Source: the human T2T-CHM13v2.0 reference genome, Homo sapiens | DNA length: 64,000 bases | Assembly: GCF_009914755.1 (NCBI RefSeq) | Contig: NC_060926.1 | Strand: one strand, 5' to 3' | Part shown: one piece after another, positions 45,662 to 59,225 of the stretch | How the letters are laid out: every line of letters begins with the position of its first letter | Position numbering within the stretch: position 1 is the first letter of the stretch | The notes under the pieces: model-generated | Told to the model about the DNA's origin: nothing | Database searches by the model: none | Seen by the model: the letters and a program-made list of their open reading frames with translations, nothing else | Position numbers and translations under genes: made by a program

Positions 45662-46392
45662 TTGAAATGAAAATAAATTTTAGGACCCTCTGAATTTATT
45701 ATGCCAAGGGGAAGTTAAGCCCTGGAGACTGAGGCATGCAACATGTTTGCAACTTCTGTTTCTTTCTTTCTTTTCCTTTTTTATTTTATTTTTGTAGAAA
45801 TGGAGTTCTCACTATGTTGCCCAGGCTGGTGTCAAACTCCTGGGCTCAAGCAATTCTCCCACCTCAGCCTCTCAAAGTGCTGGGATTACAGGGTGAACCA
45901 CCGTGCCCAGCCTGCAGCTTCTGTTTCTTCGATTATAGATTAACTCTCTTCTTCATTGTTCTTGCTCTGCAAATGACCAGGAAAGGCCAGAAGCCAGGCT
46001 TTCTATCCTTCCAATCACTGACTTTTGTTATAGATTAACTGCCTCCTTTATTGTCCCATACCTAACTGAGACCAGGTGGCGCAAAAGACCCCATGACGGT
46101 TTGACTGTTATATCTTTATTGTGGAATGTTAAATATACCTTTCCCGAAAGAAAAATCACCTCAGCTAATCAGATGGTTGTAACTATGCTTTAAGCCTTAT
46201 ATAGAAGGATATTGAACTTCTGTGAGGCTTCTCTAAACTTTATCTATATAAACAATCCCAAACTTCTATACCTCAGAACGCTGACTTCCATTCTTTGGAA
46301 TCTGTGCTTCCCAGATGGCTGTCCTCAATCTTTTTGCTTGAATAAACTTTTTAAAAACGGATTCTGACCCTTTTGACTATTTTAGGTTGGCA
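45662..46392 (+). mobile_element. 3' LTR of the ERV1 provirus
   Basis: Follows a purine-rich PPT; TATA-like 'ctatataaa' near 46245, AATAAA at 46341-46346, ends 'ttttaggttggca'. Its last ~120 bp are homologous to 40349-40467. Confidence 0.88.
45764..45912 (-). mobile_element. Alu monomer (FLAM-like) in the 3' LTR
   Basis: Single left-arm monomer; TSD TGCA(A/G)CTTCTGTTTCT at 45748-45763 and 45913-45928. Confidence 0.88.
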
Positions 46393-46839
46393 GACAGAAT
46401 CTGGATTCAAAATAGAAGCCAAAATCAGGGAGGTTTATCTCAGAATTAAAAAGAGATCCCTGGTGGTTGCCCCAAATGGAATTTAAATTCCACTTTGGCC
46501 TTACTGGCCACTAGTCTCATGAGGCAAGGAAGAGGGGTGAACTGAGCGGGTTGCTCAAGTGTTCTTGATGTATGTTGTCCTGCCCCAAGTCATGGGGCTG
46601 CTGGGCTGGAAAAACAACATACAAGATCAGGGATTAAAGCAGACACATGATCCTCCTTAAGCTCTGATGCATGCTAAATCCATTCATCCATTCAGCAAGT
46701 AGTTACTAAACACCTTCCATGAGCCTCACTCACAGCACACTAGATAGTGAGAAATTCATTACAAAGGAAAGAACTATGGGACCATTAGGCTCCTCAGTTC
46801 ACCCTCACCCTGCCAATCCCTTACCCACCATAATTACTC

Positions 46840-47440
46840 CCTCTTAAAACCAGCAAAACATTGATCACATTTCTGTATCCCCAAATTTCCACTTTAGTAC
46901 CCTGTTCCCCATAGAACAACAGCCAAACTACCTAACATAGAACACCAGACCCTGGACCACATGCAACTATCTCCTCACACCCTTCTCTCAACCTGAGGCC
47001 TGAACTAGAGCCAACCAGCTTCTCTCTTTCATACAGGTCTTTGTGTGTGCCTGAAAGTTCTTTTCTCCTTCTCCATCCACCTTCTTAACCTTCCAAAGCC
47101 AGGTTGATTGTTACCTTCTCTGGAACTCCCCCCACAGAGCTGGATTAAGGCTCCTACAGTGTGCTCTTATGCTCCACTGTATTATGCTGTCACAGAATTT
47201 ATGATACTCTATTGTTATTACAAATGTAACATGCAGCTGTTCCTCCCCATCCTTGTTTTGTTTTGTTTTGTTTTGCTCTCCTCTAATATGGCTCTCATGA
47301 TATAGCTTAGTAATTACTTACCTCTTTAACAATTAGTCTATTGCTGGAAGGTAGAGTCCAAGAGTCGCCCATTTCTGCATTCTCCAGCCCTGCAAGTTGC
47401 TTGGCAAGTGGTAGGTAATTTATGTATATGTATTGAGTTG
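46840..47440 (+). mobile_element. L2 LINE fragments
   Basis: Pyrimidine-rich L2-like text ending 'gctggaaggtagagtcc...cttggcaagtggtagg...tattgagttg'. Confidence 0.55.
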
Positions 47441-49747
47441 GGTAGGGGAGTCATGGGGAGAAGGGAGAAGAAAATGACAGCCAGCAGTTAGATTTGGTCA
47501 TTTAATTTGCAATTCCAATTTGAGAATTTCAATCATTGCAAACATTCTTAAATTCAAAATAATTATAAAGTTTCAGTGAACTTAGTTTCACTCAAAAATG
47601 CAAGGTAGGTGAGGAGGAGGGTGAAGTGAAGGGAAGTAGAGAGCAGAGCAACAGGGACAACAGAAAGCACCTGGGTAGAAAATCATGGCTGTCACCTGTG
47701 TCACTTTGTCTTCTCCCTTTGGCTCACAACTCCCCACCATACAGGCACCACCTGTACAGGTACAAAGTTAGTCAACTCTGTGATCATATCAATATTAAAA
47801 ATGTATGAAAATGGACAAAGACAAGAAAGAAAACACAAAGGTGAATTTGCTATAGTACATTGATTCTATTATAAGTTGTTTACTATTTTTTTCATTTCCT
47901 TTAAAGACGTGATAACAGCATTCTTTGATTTGACAATAGATAGAACAATAGCCCTTAGATGAAAATGGAAAAGCTGCCAATAAATCAGCACTGAGGTTTA
48001 AGTGATTGACAAATGATTTTACAGGTTGTTCCTCCCAAGATGTCACTGAGATTGGAATAATAAATCCCTCCTGCTATATTTCATGAAATAGCATGAGTAC
48101 AGGAAAACCACTTTGGGGTAAGCCTTTCCCAAAAAGCCCCCATTATCTCTAGGGCAATGCTTACGCAGGAAGATAAAATATACTTTTTTCCCCAACATCT
48201 CTGACAAAAGAGAGTAACATAACATAACAATCAATACTGACTGTAAGTTATTTGTTGAGAATGATATAAAAACAGAAATTTTTCTTCAAAGGAAATGACT
48301 TTGTAATGTTTTGACTCTACTATTAATTTGAACCCCTTTGTAAAGATACACATGAGCTATGAATTCACAGCTGGACACAGTGGGCATTATAGCAACAAAG
48401 TATGAGTGGCTGGCAAGATGGTCGAATAGGAACAGCTCCGGTCTACAGCTCCCAGTGAGATCAACGCAGAAGGTGGGTGATTTCTGCATTTCTAACTGAG
48501 GTACCTGGTTCATCTCATTGGGACCGGTTAGACAGTGAGTGCAGCCCACAGAGGGCAAGCTGAAGCAGGATGGGGTATCACCTCACTCAAGAAGCACAAG
48601 GAGTTGGGGAACCCCATCTCCTAGCAAAAGGAAGCCATGAGGGACTGTGCCGCAAGGAATGGTGCACTCCAGCCCAAAGACTACGCTTTTCCCATGGTCC
48701 TTGCAACCCACAGACCAAGAGATTCCTTCGGGTGCTTATGCCACCAGGTCCCTGGGTTTCAAGCACAAAACTGGGCAGCCATTTGGGCAGACATCAAGCT
48801 AGCTGCAGGAGTTTTTTTTTTTCATACCACAGTGGCTCCTGGAACACCAGTGAGACAGAACCATTCATTCCCCTGGAAAGGGGGCTGAAGCCAGGGAGCC
48901 AAGTGGTCTAGCTCAGCGGATCCCACCGCCATGGAGCCCAGCAAGCTAAGATCCACTGGCTTGAAATTCTTGCTGCCAGCACAGCAGTCTGAAGTCGACC
49001 TGGGATGCTCAAGCTTGGTGCGGGGAGGGGCGTCCACCATTACTGAGGCTTGTGTTGGCAGTTTCCCCTCACAGGGTAAACAAAGCTGCTGGGAAGTTGG
49101 AACTGGGCAGAGCCCACCACAGTATGGCAAAGCCACTATATCCAGACTGCCTCTCTAGATTCCTCCTCTCTGGGCAGGGCATCTTGGAAAGAAAGGCAGC
49201 AGCCCCACTCAGAGGCTTATAAATAAAACTCCCATCTCCCTGGGACAGAGCACCTGGGGGAAGGGGCGGCTGCAGGCGCAGCTTCAACAGACTTAAACAT
49301 TCCTGCCTGCCAGCTCTGAAGAGAGCAGCAGATCTCCCATCACAGCACTCAAGCTCTGTTAAAGGACAGACTGCCTCCTCAAGTGGGTCCCTGACACCCA
49401 TGCCTCCTGACTGGGAGATACCTCCCAGCAGGGGTCGACAGACACCTCATACAGGAGAGCTCTGGTTGGCATCTGGTGGGTGCCCCTCTGGGATGAAGCT
49501 TCCAGAGGAAGGAATAGGCAGCAATCTTTGCTGTTCTGCAGCCTCTGCTAGTGATACCCTGGCAGACAGGGTCTGGAGTGGACCTGCAGCAAACTCCAGC
49601 AGACCTGCAGAAGAGGGGCATGACTGTTAGAAGGAAAGCTAATAAACAGAAAGGAATAGCATCAACATCAACAAAAAGGACGTACACGCAGAAACTCCAT
49701 CCAAAGGTCAGCAACATCAAAGACCAAAGGTAGATAAATCCACGAAG

Positions 49748-50769
49748 ATGAGGAAAAACCAGCACAAAAAGACTGAAAATTCCAAAAACCAGAATGCCTC
49801 TTCTCCTCCAAAGGCTCACAACTCCTCACCAGCAAGGGACAAAACTGGATGGAGAATGATTTTGACAAATTGACAGAAGTAGGCTTCAGAAGGTGGGTAA
49901 CAACAAACTCCTCTGAGCTAAAGGAGCATGTTCTAACCCAATGCAAGGAAGCTAAGAACCTTGAAGAAAGGTTAGGGGAGTTGCTAACTAGGATAACCAG
50001 TTTAAGAGAAGAACATAAATGACCTGATAGAGCTGAAAAGCACAGCACGAGAATTTCGTGAAGCATAAACAAGTATCAATAGCTGAATCAATCAAGTGTA
50101 AGAAAGGATATCAGAGATTGAAGATCAACTTAATGAAATAAAGCATGAAGATAAGATTAGGGAAAAAAGAATGAAAAGGAATGAACAAATCCTCTAAGAA
50201 ATATGTGACTATGTGAAAAGACCAATCCTACATTTGATTGGTGTACCTGAAAGTGACGGGGAGAATGGAACCAAGTTGGAAAACACTCTTCAGAATATTA
50301 TCCAGGAGCACTTCCCCAACCTAGCAAGACAGGCCAACATTCAAATTCAGGAAATACAGAGAACACCAAAAAGATACTCCTCGACAAGAGCAACTCCAAG
50401 ACACATAATTGTTAGATTCACCAAGGTTGAAATGAAGGAAAAAATATTAAGGGCAGCCAGAGAGAAAGGTCGGGTTACCCTCAAAGGGAAGACCATCAGA
50501 CTAACAGCGGATCTCTCTGCAGAAACCCTACAAGCCAGAAGAGAGTGGGGCCAATATTCGACATTCTTTAAAAAAAGAATTTTCAACCCAGAATTTCATA
50601 TCCAGGCAAACTAAGCTTCATAAGCAAAGGAGAAATAAAATCCTTTACAGACAAGCAAATGCTGAGAGATTTTGTCACCAGGCCTGCCTTACAAGTGTTC
50701 CTGAAGGAAGGACTAAACATGGAAAGGAACAACCAGGACCAACCACTGCAAAAACATACCAAATTGTAA
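49748..50769 (+). pseudogene. L1 ORF1p (disrupted)
   Basis: Starts MRKNQH; contains HLIGVPESDGENGTKLENTLQ...RATPRHIIVRFTKVEMKEK; frameshifts and stops. Confidence 0.93.
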
Positions 50770-50832
50770 AGACCATCGACACTATGAAGAAACCGCATCA
50801 ACTAATGGGCAAAATAACCAGCTAGCATCACA

Positions 50833-53800
50833 ATGACAGGATCAAATTCACACATAACAAAATTTACCTTAAACGTAAATGGGCTAAATGACCCAATTAA
50901 AAGACACAGACTGGCAAATTGGATAAAGAGTCAAGACCCATTGGTGTGCTGTATTCAGGAGACCCATCTCATGTGCAAAGACACACATAGGCTCGAAATA
51001 AAGGGATGGGGGAGTATTTACCAAGCAAATGGAAAGCAATAAAAAAAAAAAGGAGGGGTTGCAATCCTAGTCTCTTACAAAACAGACTTTAAACCAGCAA
51101 AGATCAAAAAAGACAAAGAAGGGCATTACATAATGGTAAAGAGGTCAATGCAACAAGAAGAGCTAACCATCCTAAATATATATGCACCCAATATAGGAGC
51201 ACCCAGATTCATTAAGCAAGTTCTTAGAGACCTACAAAGATACTTAGACCCACACACAATAATAATGGGAGACTTTAACACTCCACTGTCAATATTAGAC
51301 AGATCAATGAGACAGAAAATTAACAAGGATTCAGGACTTGAGTTCAGCTCTGGACCAAGCAGAGCTAATAGACATCTACAGAACTCTCCACTCCAAATCC
51401 ACAGAATATACATTCTTATCAGCACCACATTGCATTTATTCTAAAATTAAACACATAATTGGAAGTAAAACACTCCTTAGCAAAGGCAAAATAATGGAAA
51501 TCATAACAGACAGTCTCTCAGACCACAGTGCAATCAAATTAGAACTCAGGATTAAGAAACTCACTCAAAACCACACAACTACATGGGAACTGAACAACTT
51601 GCTCATGAATGACTACAGGGTAAATAATGAAATTAAGGCAGAATAAATAAGTTCTTTGAAACCAATGAGAACAAAGACACAATGTAGCAGAATCTCTGGG
51701 ACACAGCTAAAGCAGGGTTTAGAAGGAAATTTTAGGACTAAATTCACACAAGAGAAAGCAGGAAAGATTGAAAATTAACACCCTAACATAACAATTAAAA
51801 GAACTAGACAAGCTAGAGCAAACAAATTCAAAAGCTAGCAGAAGACAAGAAATAAGTAAGATCAGAGCAGAACTGAAGGAGATAGAGACACAAAAAACCC
51901 TTCTAAAAAACAAATGGATCCAGGAGCTAGTTTTTTGAAAAGATTAACAAAATAGATTGCTAGCCAAACTAATAAAGAATAAAAGAGAGAAGAATCAAAT
52001 AGACACAATAAAAAATGATAAAGGGGAGATCAACACTGATCCTGCAGAAAGTACCATCAGAGAATACTATAAACACCTCTACGCAAATAAACTAGAAAAT
52101 CTAGAAGAAATAGATAAATTCCTGGACACATACACCCTCCCAAGACTAAACCAGGAAGAAGCTGAATCCCTGAATAGACCAATAACAAGTTCTGAAATTG
52201 AGGCAGTACTTAATAGCCTACCAACCAAAAAAAAAGCCCAAGACCAGATGGATTCACAGCCGAATTCTCCCAGAGGTACAATGAGGAGCTGGTACCATTC
52301 CTTCTGAAACTATTCCAAACAACAGAAAAAGAGGGAATCCTCCCTAACTCATTTTGTGAAGCCAGCATCATCTTGATACCAAAATCTGACAGACACACAA
52401 CAAAAAAATAAAATTTCTGGCCAATATCCCTGATGATCATCGGTGCAAAAATTCTCAATAAAATACTGACAAACCGAATCCAGCAGCACATCAAAAAGCT
52501 TATCCACCACAATCAAGTCAGCTTCATCCCTGGGATGCAAGGCTGGTTCAACATACACAAATAAATAAACGTAATCCATCACATAAACAGAACCAATAAC
52601 AAAAACCACATGGTTATCTCAATAGATGCAGAAAAGGCCTTCAACAAAATTCAACAGCCCTTCATGCTAAAAACTGTCAATAAACTGGGTACTGGTGAAA
52701 CGTATCTCAAAATAATAAGGTCTATTAATGACAAACCCACAGCCAATATCACACTGAATGGGCAAAAACTGGAAGCATTCCCTTTGAAAACCAGCATAAG
52801 GCAAGGATGTCCTCTCTCATCACTCCTATTCAACATAGTGTTGGAAGTTCTGGCCAGGGAAATCAGGCAAGAGAAAGAAATAAAGGGGATTCAAATAGGA
52901 AGAGAAGTCAAATTGTCTCTGTTTGCAGATGACATGATTGTATATTTAGAAAACCCCATTGTCACAGCCCAAAATCTCCTTAAGCTAATAACTTCAGCAT
53001 AGTCTCAGGATACAAAATCAATGTGCAAAAATCACAAGCCTTCCTATACACCAATAATAGACAAACATAAAGCCAAATCAGGAGTGAACTCCCATTCACT
53101 ACAAAGAGAATTTAATACCTAGGAATACAACTTACAAGTGATGTGAAGGACCTCTTCAAGTTGAACCACAAACCACTGCTCAAGGAAATAAGAGAGGACA
53201 CAAACAAATGGAAAAACATTTCATGCTCATGGATAGGAAGAATCAATATGGTGAAAATGGTGATACTGCCCAAAGTTATTTATAGATTCAATGTTATCCC
53301 CATCAAGCTACAATTGCCTTTATTCACAGAATTAGAAAACACTACTTTAAATTTCATATGGAACCAAAAAAGAGCCCATATAGCCAAGACAATCTTAAGC
53401 AAAAAGAACAAGGCTGGAGGCATCACGATGCCTGACTTCAAACTATACTATAAGGCTGCAGTAACCAAAACAGCATGGTACTGGCACCAAAACAGATATA
53501 TAGACCAATGGAACAGAACAGAGGCCTCAGAAATAATGCCACAAATCTACAACTGTCTGATCTTTGACAAACCTGACAAAAACAAGCAATGGGGAAAGGA
53601 CTCCCCATTTAATAAATGGTTCTGGGAGAACTGGCTAAACATATGCAGAAAGCTGAAACTGGACCCCTTCCTTACACTTTATACAAAAATTAACTCAAGA
53701 TGGATTAAAGACTTAAAGGTAAGACCTAAAACCATTAAAACCCTAGAAGAAAACCTAGGCAACGCTATTCAGGACATAGGCAAGGCAAAGACTTCATGAC

Positions 53801-54637
53801 TAAAACACCAAAAGCAATGGCAACAGAAGCCAAAATTGACAAATGGGATCTAGTTAAACTAAAGAGCTTCTGCACAGCAAAAGAAACTATCATCAGAGCA
53901 AACAGGCAACCTACAGAATGGGAGAAAATTTTTGCAATCTTCCATCTGACAAAGGGCTAATATCCAGGATTTACAAGAAATGTAAATAAATTTACGAGAA
54001 AGAAAACAACCCCATCAAAAAGTGGGTGATGGATATGAACAGATATTTCTCAAAAGAAGATATTTATGTGGCCAACAAACATTTTAAAAAAAGCTCATTA
54101 TCACTGGTCATTAGAGAAATGCAAATCAAAACCACAGTGAGATACCATCTCATGCCAGTTAGAATGATGATCATTAAAAAGTCAGGAAACAACAGGTGTT
54201 GGAGAGGATATGGAGAAATAGGAATGCTTTTACATTGTTGGTGGGAGTGTAAATTAGTTCAACCATTGTGGAAGACAGTGTGGCAATTCCTTAAGGATCT
54301 AGAACCAGAAATACCATTTGACCCAGCGATCCCATTACTGGGTATATACCCAAAGGATTATAAATCATTCTACTATAAAGACACATGCACACACATGTTT
54401 ATTGCAGCACTGTTCACAATAGCAAAGACTTGGAACCAACCCAAATGTTCATCAATGATGAACTGGATAAAGAAAATGTGGCACATATACACCATGGAAT
54501 ACTATGTAGCCATAAAAAAGGATGAGTTCCTGTCCTTTTCAGGGACATGGATGAAACTGGAAACCATAATTCTCAGCAAACTAACACAGGAACAGAAAAC
54601 CAAACACCGCATATTCTCGCTCATAAGTGGTTGTTGA
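50833..54637 (+). pseudogene. L1 ORF2p endonuclease/RT (disrupted)
   Basis: MTGSNSHIT...[35 protein letters not shown] and [14 protein letters not shown], split across many frames. Confidence 0.95.
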
Positions 54638-57079
54638 ACAATGAGAACACAGGGACACAGGGAGGGGAACATCACACACCCGGGCCTGTCAGGGAGTAGG
54701 GGGATAGGGGAGGGATAGCATTAGAAGAAATACCTAATGTAGATGATGGGTTGATGGATGTGGCAAACCACCATGGCACATGTATACCTATGTAACAAAC
54801 CTGCACTTTCTGCACATATATTCCAAAACTTGAAGTATTAAAAAAAATAAAAATAAAAAAAGCCTAAAATAAGATAAAATTTTTTAAAAAAGCAACAAAG
54901 TATGAATAATTTGCACTATTGTCGGGTTCTACAATAATTTCCCCATAGGGATTCCTCTGACAAAAAAAAATCCCATTAATTTTTCAATTCCTCATTGTAA
55001 TTCTTCTTTATATAATTTACGATACAATAAAACAAATGCATATGTTTAAAAGTTTAAACCTATCTTCAAAGTTCCCTGAAGATTCATTCTCTTGTTTGAC
55101 ATTGACTTGACTACTGTAAGTAAATATTTCAAAAATTTTAAATATCCTTTATAAGGAAGCACATAAAGTGTCTTATCTTAGCCCAAAATGCAAACTAAAA
55201 AGCAGCTCCATGCCATGTTTTTGCTAAATGTCATCACTTAGATCTCTAACTCACCAACCAAGACTTGATCTAAAACACAAATAGACCCAAACAAGACTTT
55301 GTAAAGAGATTCAAAAAAATATTCAGGCCTGAAAAATGTGTTCCTGCCCACATTATTGGCCCAGCAAATACATCCCATCTGGGCAAATGATCAGAGAAGT
55401 GCTGAAAAGAAAAAAAAAAATTAACCTCCTCAAATGTCTATAATTCTGAGCATTGAAAACTATTTTTTGCTTAAACCAAAGAGGTTTGGCTTCTTAAGAT
55501 TTTTATGCAAGCCTTGCAGGGTACCTAGAGACCAAACCCAGAATAATTCACCAAAAGTAAAAATTTCTTATTTTCTTATGTTTTATTTTTAAGATATGAG
55601 AAATTCTGATGTCTAGTGTAATCTGTATCTTTATTTCTTTTAATATGAAAATAATGTGAGTTTTTCCTTTAAGGTTCTTAAAGTAAATGAGAAGCTCCAG
55701 AAAAATGTGTTGTGCTTATCCTGTGAATTTTTCTCTAAGCACAGGCCAGACTGGAAAACTTGGAATTAAATGTGTTAAAGACCCCCGTCAGATTAGAATG
55801 GGAACGGGTTCTTAGGGGAGGCATATTTGGGGTTGATTTTGATCAACTATTAACAGCATTGCATGGACTGGTTTATCAGAAGAACTGGCAAATCTTCTAA
55901 CAAGGCCCTGAGGCAGTGAAACCAAAACAGCAAGTTTATACAGCAGAGGTACCAGGAAAGCCAAGTGAGGAGGTTGACCCACAAGCTATGGCGTGGTCTA
56001 GGTGGGAAGGGCAAAGGAGACAGTCATGCCACTAAGAAGTGGCAAGCCTGGAGTTTGAAGGAGTGGACAAAAAAAAAAAAGAGAGAGAAAGGTTTCTGAA
56101 AGAAGAATAGAGGACCCAGAAATAAATATTTCCCACATCTTATGTTTATCAAGAGTATTCCCACTGATATCAACAGGAATGAAAACATAAATATCTGCTT
56201 CAAACATAATCACTGCAAAGAATTGGAAAGTGGCTGATACAGGCTCCTTCTAGTGGTTCGCTGGAGTCTATAAGAGCGGAACAAGAGATAAAGAAAAACT
56301 CCTCCTCAGGTTACAGTTACATGTTCTCTTTGCCCTTCCCACCAAACACTGATTTGCAGAGGTCATTGCCTAAGCAGCAAATATGCTATTCGTCAGGTAA
56401 TAAAGGCAAAGTTAACGATACAAAGATAAAAGAAGCATTTTTAAATTTACAAAATAGAACAAAGAACTACAAAATAGGGTCATCAATGTCAAGCAATTAA
56501 TTATTTCCTAAACAAAGATAACCCTGGATTTCAAAAGCACACTCATCAATTACAGACAGACTAGCCCAAAAGATGACTAAGGGATAATATCTGGAATATA
56601 GGTTACAGAATGCCTTTCAAATGTCTGAGATACACACATTCCGGAGTACCGTGAAAACTAAACAAACAAGAAAGCAACACTTAAACGCCCGACATTTCCC
56701 AGAATTTGTATAAAATAGCATGCTAACTCACTCTGGAAAGCACAGCCTGCTTATCCTTTCAGATATAGAAGGGAAGATGAATCTGTTCACTGCTTTCTCT
56801 CTTCCACCTCCCCCTGAGTGTTCTCCACATTTAAGAGAAGGTTTTTGCTAAAAAGTAAAATACTCCTTGGCATTAGGAAGAGCAGCATACTTTGCATTCT
56901 TTTTTTTTTTTTCAAAATTGTATCAAAATCTCCTTTGAAAGCAAGGATTGTTCTATTTATTTGCTTTGTATCCTCTATGGTCAGAGCTCTATGAAAGAGA
57001 ATCCAATCAGTTCTGCAACAATAAACAGGATGTCTAGGAAGGTATCACAAAAATCCTTAAAGCACAGTTAATTTTAAAA

Positions 57080-57387
57080 CTTATTATTACTATTAATTAT
57101 TATTAGAGAAAGGATCTTGCTCCATTCCTCAAACTAAAGTGCAGTGGCACCATCATAGCTCACTGTAACCCCATATTTCTGGATTCAAGAGATCCTCCTG
57201 CTTCAGCCTCCTGAGTTGCTAGGACTACAGGTGCATGCCACTATGATCAGCTAATTTTTTTTATTATTTTTTGTAGAGAGGGGGTTTCACCATGTTGCCT
57301 AGTCTTGAACTCTTGGCCTCAAGTGATCCTCTGGCCTCAACCTCCCAAAGTGCTGGGATTTACAAGTGTGAGCCATCAAACCTGGCC
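57080..57387 (-). mobile_element. AluJ
   Basis: Reverse, diverged Alu dimer with a (TTA)n tail. Confidence 0.9.
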
Positions 57388-57446
57388 TTAATTTAAAAAT
57401 TAATGAAAACAATTAATTCTACTTTGGCATCAAAAATAATTGCCTA

Positions 57447-57758
57447 GGCCAGGCGCAGTGGCTCACACCTGTAATCTCAGCTCTTTGGGAGGTCAAGGCA
57501 GGCGGATCACCTGAGGTCAGGAGTTTGAGACCAGCCTGGCCAACGTGGTGAAACCCCATCTCTACTAAAAAAATTTCAAAAATTAGCCAGGCATGGCGGT
57601 GCACACCTGTAATCCAGCTACTTGGGAGGCAGAGGCAGAAGAATCGCTTGAACCTGGTGAACCAAGATCAAGCCACTGCATTCCAGCCTGGGCGACAGAC
57701 TAAGACTCTGTCTCAAAAAAAAAAAAAAAAAAAAGAAAGAAAGAAAAGAAAAGAAAAA
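57447..57758 (+). mobile_element. Alu (AluS)
   Basis: Alu dimer with a small right-arm deletion and an A/GAAAA tail. Confidence 0.93.
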
Positions 57759-58324
57759 TTGCCCGTATAACACTTTGTAGAAAGATGCAAAATGTTAAAA
57801 AAACAAAACAAAACAAAACAAAACTGATCTGTATTGCCATATTAAAAATAAAATAAAATAAATAAAACACGTTGGGAATTACCATAGCAGCCCTCACCTG
57901 CTTCTCTGTGCAGGACCCCCTAAGGTAGAATATAAAATGTCATCAACTGTTCCCTGCCTTGAATATCAGGTCAGTCTACTGTCCCTCCTTCCCCTAGGGC
58001 AGCATATCCTCACCAGCAGCTCAACTGTTCTGGCAAGAGCAGCCTGTAGCCTGAGCCGGGCCTTCCCTCTCACCTCCTCTTCCCCTCAGAAAGGTGTTGC
58101 AAGAGCTGCTCCCTGCTGCCCTCTGTCTTCCAAAGCTCAATTTGGTTAATTCCTCCACAGCTTGTCTTTTTTCCCCCTATCTTTACACACCTCCATAAAC
58201 ACAGTTTTTCCTCTTTTCTCCCATCCTTGCCCAGTTACCTGAGAGAAAAAAAATATGGCGCTAGAGTGGATACTGCGATTTCAGGACCGAAACCAATTCC
58301 ACCAATGGCTGTGGTGTTAGTGGC

Positions 58325-58688
58325 TGTATTAGTCCATTTTCATGCTGCTGATAAAGACATACCCAAGAGTGGGTAATTTATAAAGAAAAAGAGGCTTAAT
58401 GGACTCGCAGTTCCACGTGGCTGGGGAAGTCTCACGATCATGGCAGAAGGTAAAAGGCACATCTTACATGGCAGCAGACAGGGTAGAATCAGAGAGCCAA
58501 GCGAAAGGGGTTTCCCCTTATAAAACCATAGGATCTCGTGAGAGTTATTCATTACCACGAGAACAGTAGGGAGGAAACTGCCCCCATGATTCCATTATCT
58601 CCCACCAGGTCCCCCCAACCACACATGAGAATTACAGAAACTAAAATTCAAGGTGAGATTTGGGTGGAGACACAGCCAAACCGTATCA
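58325..58688 (-). mobile_element. MaLR solo LTR (THE1B/C-like)
   Basis: 'tgtattagtccattttcatgctgctgataaagacatacccaag...gagatttgggtggagacacagccaaaccgtatca'; 364 bp. Confidence 0.92.
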
Positions 58689-58817
58689 GCGACCGTGGTA
58701 CTCAGGAGACATCGTCCGTGGGATTTGCTCTCAGCGGGGGAGTTGCATGCTCCAAGTCACACCTTTCCTGAAGTGGCCCCTATCCACTCACTGATCAATG
58801 AGGAGATAGACAACTGA

Positions 58818-59225
<408 letters not shown>

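Larger units (their letters stand above)
48406..54890 (+). mobile_element. Full-length L1PA7-like LINE-1 (inactive)
   Basis: 5' end 'ggcaagatggtcgaataggaacagctcc', ORF1, ORF2, G-rich 3'UTR and A tail; exact 15-bp TSD AGCAACAAAGTATGA at 48391-48405 and 54891-54905; about 6.5 kb. Confidence 0.97.

Noticed and set aside
48406-54890. Retrotransposition-competent L1
   Set aside because: Both ORFs carry numerous stops and frameshifts, and the subfamily is old.
58230-58320. Possible promoter (two CCAAT boxes, a few CpGs) next to the THE1 LTR
   Set aside because: No CpG island or clear core promoter; motifs this short occur by chance.
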